From: Thermoleophilia bacterium
Lineage (GTDB): Bacteria > Actinomycetota > Thermoleophilia > RBG-16-64-13
Assembly: GCA_017882525.1 (NCBI GenBank)
Contig: JADGPI010000015.1
Location: 1-53,232, forward strand
Reading direction: 5' to 3'
DNA: 53,232 nt
Shown: positions 51,181 to 53,232 of the stretch, one piece after another
Numbering within the stretch: the stretch's first letter is position 1
How the letters are laid out: every line of letters starts with the position of its first letter
Made by a program: the position numbers and the translations under genes
Notes under the pieces: generated by a model
What the model was told of the DNA's origin: nothing
Seen by the model: only the letters and a program-made list of their open reading frames with translations
Databases searched by the model: none

Positions 51181-52404
51181 TCAACAGCCCTCTTCCATCT
51201 CTTCGATCAGCTTCAGCAGGAAAGCCGCCCCTGAACCCGCGACGATCACGATGCCCGTGATGACTATCCCCAGTCCGAAGGTATACCGCTGACCTATGTA
51301 GCCCAGACCCGTGGGGAGGAGTCCGCCGCCGAAGATGAACGCCATCGGCGGAGCCAGTGCCGCCGCCATGCTGCGCATGTTGGGTTGGACGATCCTCGAC
51401 AGCGCTGAGAAGGCGGGAGGGAAGAAGCATACGGCAAGCGCTGGAAGGAAGAAGACCATCACTTTGAGCCACGTCCCTGTGAAAGTCCCCAGCAGGATGG
51501 TGACGGTCCCAGTCAAGAGGAGAAAGATGAAGATGGCCCGTTTCTCTCCGATGCGATCCGTTATCCAGCCGGAAACAAAAGCCATCACCAGGGGGGAGAT
51601 GTTGGAGAGACCGACCAAGGTGTTGGCTGTGGTCGCACTCAGTCCGCGCTGCACGGTCAGGTAAAGGGGAAGCATGGTGTAGATGCCCACTTGTGCGCCC
51701 ATTCCGAGAGCGAACAGGAAGACCATGACCCACAGCGACCTCTGCTTCACCACCGGTCTAACGAGAGCAACAGAGGGTGGTTCGCTGGGGAAGGCGGCAA
51801 ACCGACCGAACACCAAGAAGGCCACTCCGCCGAGAGCGGCGAGGACTCCGATCGAGACCAGGGTCCACCGCCACGAGAATACGGTCAGCAGCCCCACCGC
51901 GATCAGGGGCGCCGCCACCAGGCTCAGAGGGGGAGCTATCTGCTGCACGGCGAGAGCTTTGCCCCAGTCTGACCGGCTGACCATCGCCGTGATCGTCGCG
52001 ACGACCGAAGGCTGATTGAGACCGGCGCACGCGCCAAGAATCAACATTACCCCTCGGATGGCCCACACCGAGTTCAGGAAGTACGACGCCATGATGACGG
52101 CGGCAGCCACGAAAACGCCGGTGAGCAACGTTCCGCGGTGGTTGATTCGAGAGGACACGAAACCCGAGCCGAGAGAACCGAGCAACACACCTATTGACCC
52201 CAGGAAGAATGCGGACCCCAACTGCCCCGAACTGATGGCGATGTCTTTCCCGATGCTGGGGGCGAGGGGAGAGAAGATGAAGCGGACGAGGAAGCCGAAG
52301 AAGAACAGCAGAGTGACGAGCATGACACTCCCGGCCACCGAACGGAACGGTTGCGGAGTGGGACAGGCCTTTGCGACCTTGGCTGTGCCTTCTTCGTTGC
52401 TCAT
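51181..52404 (-). CDS. MFS transporter
   Basis: Twelve predicted helices. The MFS-like loop motif is GWITDRIGEKR. ATG start at 52404. Confidence 0.85.
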   Translation of the reverse strand: MSNEEGTAKVAKACPTPQPFRSVAGSVMLVTLLFFFGFLVRFIFSPLAPSIGKDIAISSGQLGSAFFLGSIGVLLGSLGSGFVSSRINHRGTLLTGVFVAAAVIMASYFLNSVWAIRGVMLILGACAGLNQPSVVATITAMVSRSDWGKALAVQQIAPPLSLVAAPLIAVGLLTVFSWRWTLVSIGVLAALGGVAFLVFGRFAAFPSEPPSVALVRPVVKQRSLWVMVFLFALGMGAQVGIYTMLPLYLTVQRGLSATTANTLVGLSNISPLVMAFVSGWITDRIGEKRAIFIFLLLTGTVTILLGTFTGTWLKVMVFFLPALAVCFFPPAFSALSRIVQPNMRSMAAALAPPMAFIFGGGLLPTGLGYIGQRYTFGLGIVITGIVIVAGSGAAFLLKLIEEMEEGC

Positions 52405-52552
52405 TGCACCAATCTAGCATGAGAGTGGGGCGTCCTCTGGTACGTTCGAAAGAGGCCCTTTCCCGCGCCAGCTGTTCCGCGGTAGTCTGACACCTGCAAC
52501 TTGCTTCAGCACGATGGGCCTGTGGGGGGGTCGTCGGCAGACGGGAGGATAC

Positions 52553-53232
52553 ATGCTGCGAATCCCGGTCCGAGACCCTCGCTACAAGTGGGTCATCCTG
52601 GGCATGGCAATGCTGGCTGTGTTTGGCGCTCTCGGTCTCGCCAGGTTCAGCTACACCGCGATCCTTCCCTCCATGCAGAAGGGCCTTGGGTTCGACAACA
52701 CACATGCCGGGGCTCTCGCCACGGTGAATCTGGTGGGCTATCTGCTCCTTGCACTTGTGGGAGGAGCGCTCGCCTCCCGCTTCGGGTCCCGGGTCGTCAT
52801 TGCGATCGGGCTTGTCGCGGCCGGTCTGGGGATGCTTCTGACCGGCTTCGCCGGCAGCTTCGTCTCGGCTGCCGCCGGGCGAGGTATCACCGGTCTCGGC
52901 ACCGCTGCATCCAACGTCCCTGCCACCGCGATGGTGGCGCTGTGGTTCGCTCCTCGCCGGCGGGGCTTGGCGACGGGCGTGGTTGTCGGCGGGGCCTCTT
53001 TGGGGTTGGTGATGGTGGGCTTGGTGGTGCCAAGGATCCTTGCTGCCTACGGCGCGGACGGGTGGCGCGTGTGTTGGTACATCTTCGGCGCCGGGGCCAT
53101 ACTCTTGGGGTTGATCTGTTATCTGGCGCTACGCAGCCGGCCTTACGCGCCTGCCTTGATGGCGGGGCCCACGAAACGCCCGAGCCTCCCATGGAAGAAG
53201 CTGTACCTCTCGCCGTCTGTGTGGCACCTGGG
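52553..53232 (+). CDS. MFS transporter (YbfB/YjiJ-like), 3' end outside the window
   Basis: Not in the ORF track because there is no stop within the window. My translation from ATG 52553 (after GGGAGGA) gives MLRIPVRDPRYKWVILGMAMLAVFGALGLARFSYTAILPSMQKGLGF..., hydrophobic throughout and open to base 53232. Confidence 0.8.
   Translation, partial: MLRIPVRDPRYKWVILGMAMLAVFGALGLARFSYTAILPSMQKGLGFDNTHAGALATVNLVGYLLLALVGGALASRFGSRVVIAIGLVAAGLGMLLTGFAGSFVSAAAGRGITGLGTAASNVPATAMVALWFAPRRRGLATGVVVGGASLGLVMVGLVVPRILAAYGADGWRVCWYIFGAGAILLGLICYLALRSRPYAPALMAGPTKRPSLPWKKLYLSPSVWHL

Noticed and set aside
1-53232. Search for mobile elements, integrases, CRISPR arrays, rRNA/tRNA genes and prophage blocks
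   Set aside because: None of the ORF translations show transposase, integrase or Cas signatures. There are no arrays of regularly spaced direct repeats, and I saw no cloverleaf-like tRNA candidates in the intergenic gaps. tRNA and ncRNA detection by eye is unreliable and should be repeated with tRNAscan-SE/Infernal.

Overview
This is a high-GC bacterial chromosomal window, densely coding on both strands with about 60 genes. I recognised no rRNA, tRNA, CRISPR array, transposase or integrase. SLH-domain envelope proteins, Lgt and an RRM-type RNA-binding protein suggest a high-GC Gram-positive-type or deep-branching lineage; I cannot place the taxon from sequence alone. Left to right the window contains: an EamA transporter fragment; a DUF523 gene coupled to a compact System I cytochrome c maturation cluster (ccmE-F-A-B-C-D, with CcmE of the cysteine CxxxY type); an ABC-2 exporter operon; a trehalose operon (otsB, DUF5752-like, treT, otsA); a glycine-rich RRM protein; a tight tusA / dsrE-like / iscS-like / iscU-DUF59 operon; SLH proteins; a DUF255 thioredoxin-domain protein; PRC-barrel, serA-like, DUF302 and lgt genes; a DUF2779 nuclease-fusion protein; HAD, DUF3795, GNAT and a 7TM-PAS-GGDEF cyclase; a large beta-propeller/SLH/lectin protein; pirin; an OYE/FadH-type reductase; GntR; an orphan corrinoid protein; glpK; an esterase; TfoX-N; DUF2807; a hicB-hicA pair; Fpg/Nei; a B12-binding radical SAM enzyme convergent with a creatininase / C_GCAxxG_C_C / unknown-protein operon; a Spy/CpxP-like protein; YihY; and two MFS transporters. 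The most unusual item is the iscS-like gene. The PLP Schiff-base lysine and two other PLP contacts are substituted while the persulfide cysteine loop is kept. The gene sits directly behind a TusA plus DsrE-like persulfide-carrier pair and in front of an IscU-DUF59 fusion, which suggests Fe-S/sulfur trafficking that does not rely on cysteine desulfuration. Other points worth follow-up are the CxxxY CcmE variant system, the repeat/promoter/palindrome architecture in front of the orphan corrinoid gene, and the 400-bp leader with a possible short peptide ORF in front of the radical SAM gene. Many long ORFs in the six-frame track are antisense or out-of-frame shadows typical of high-GC DNA and were rejected.
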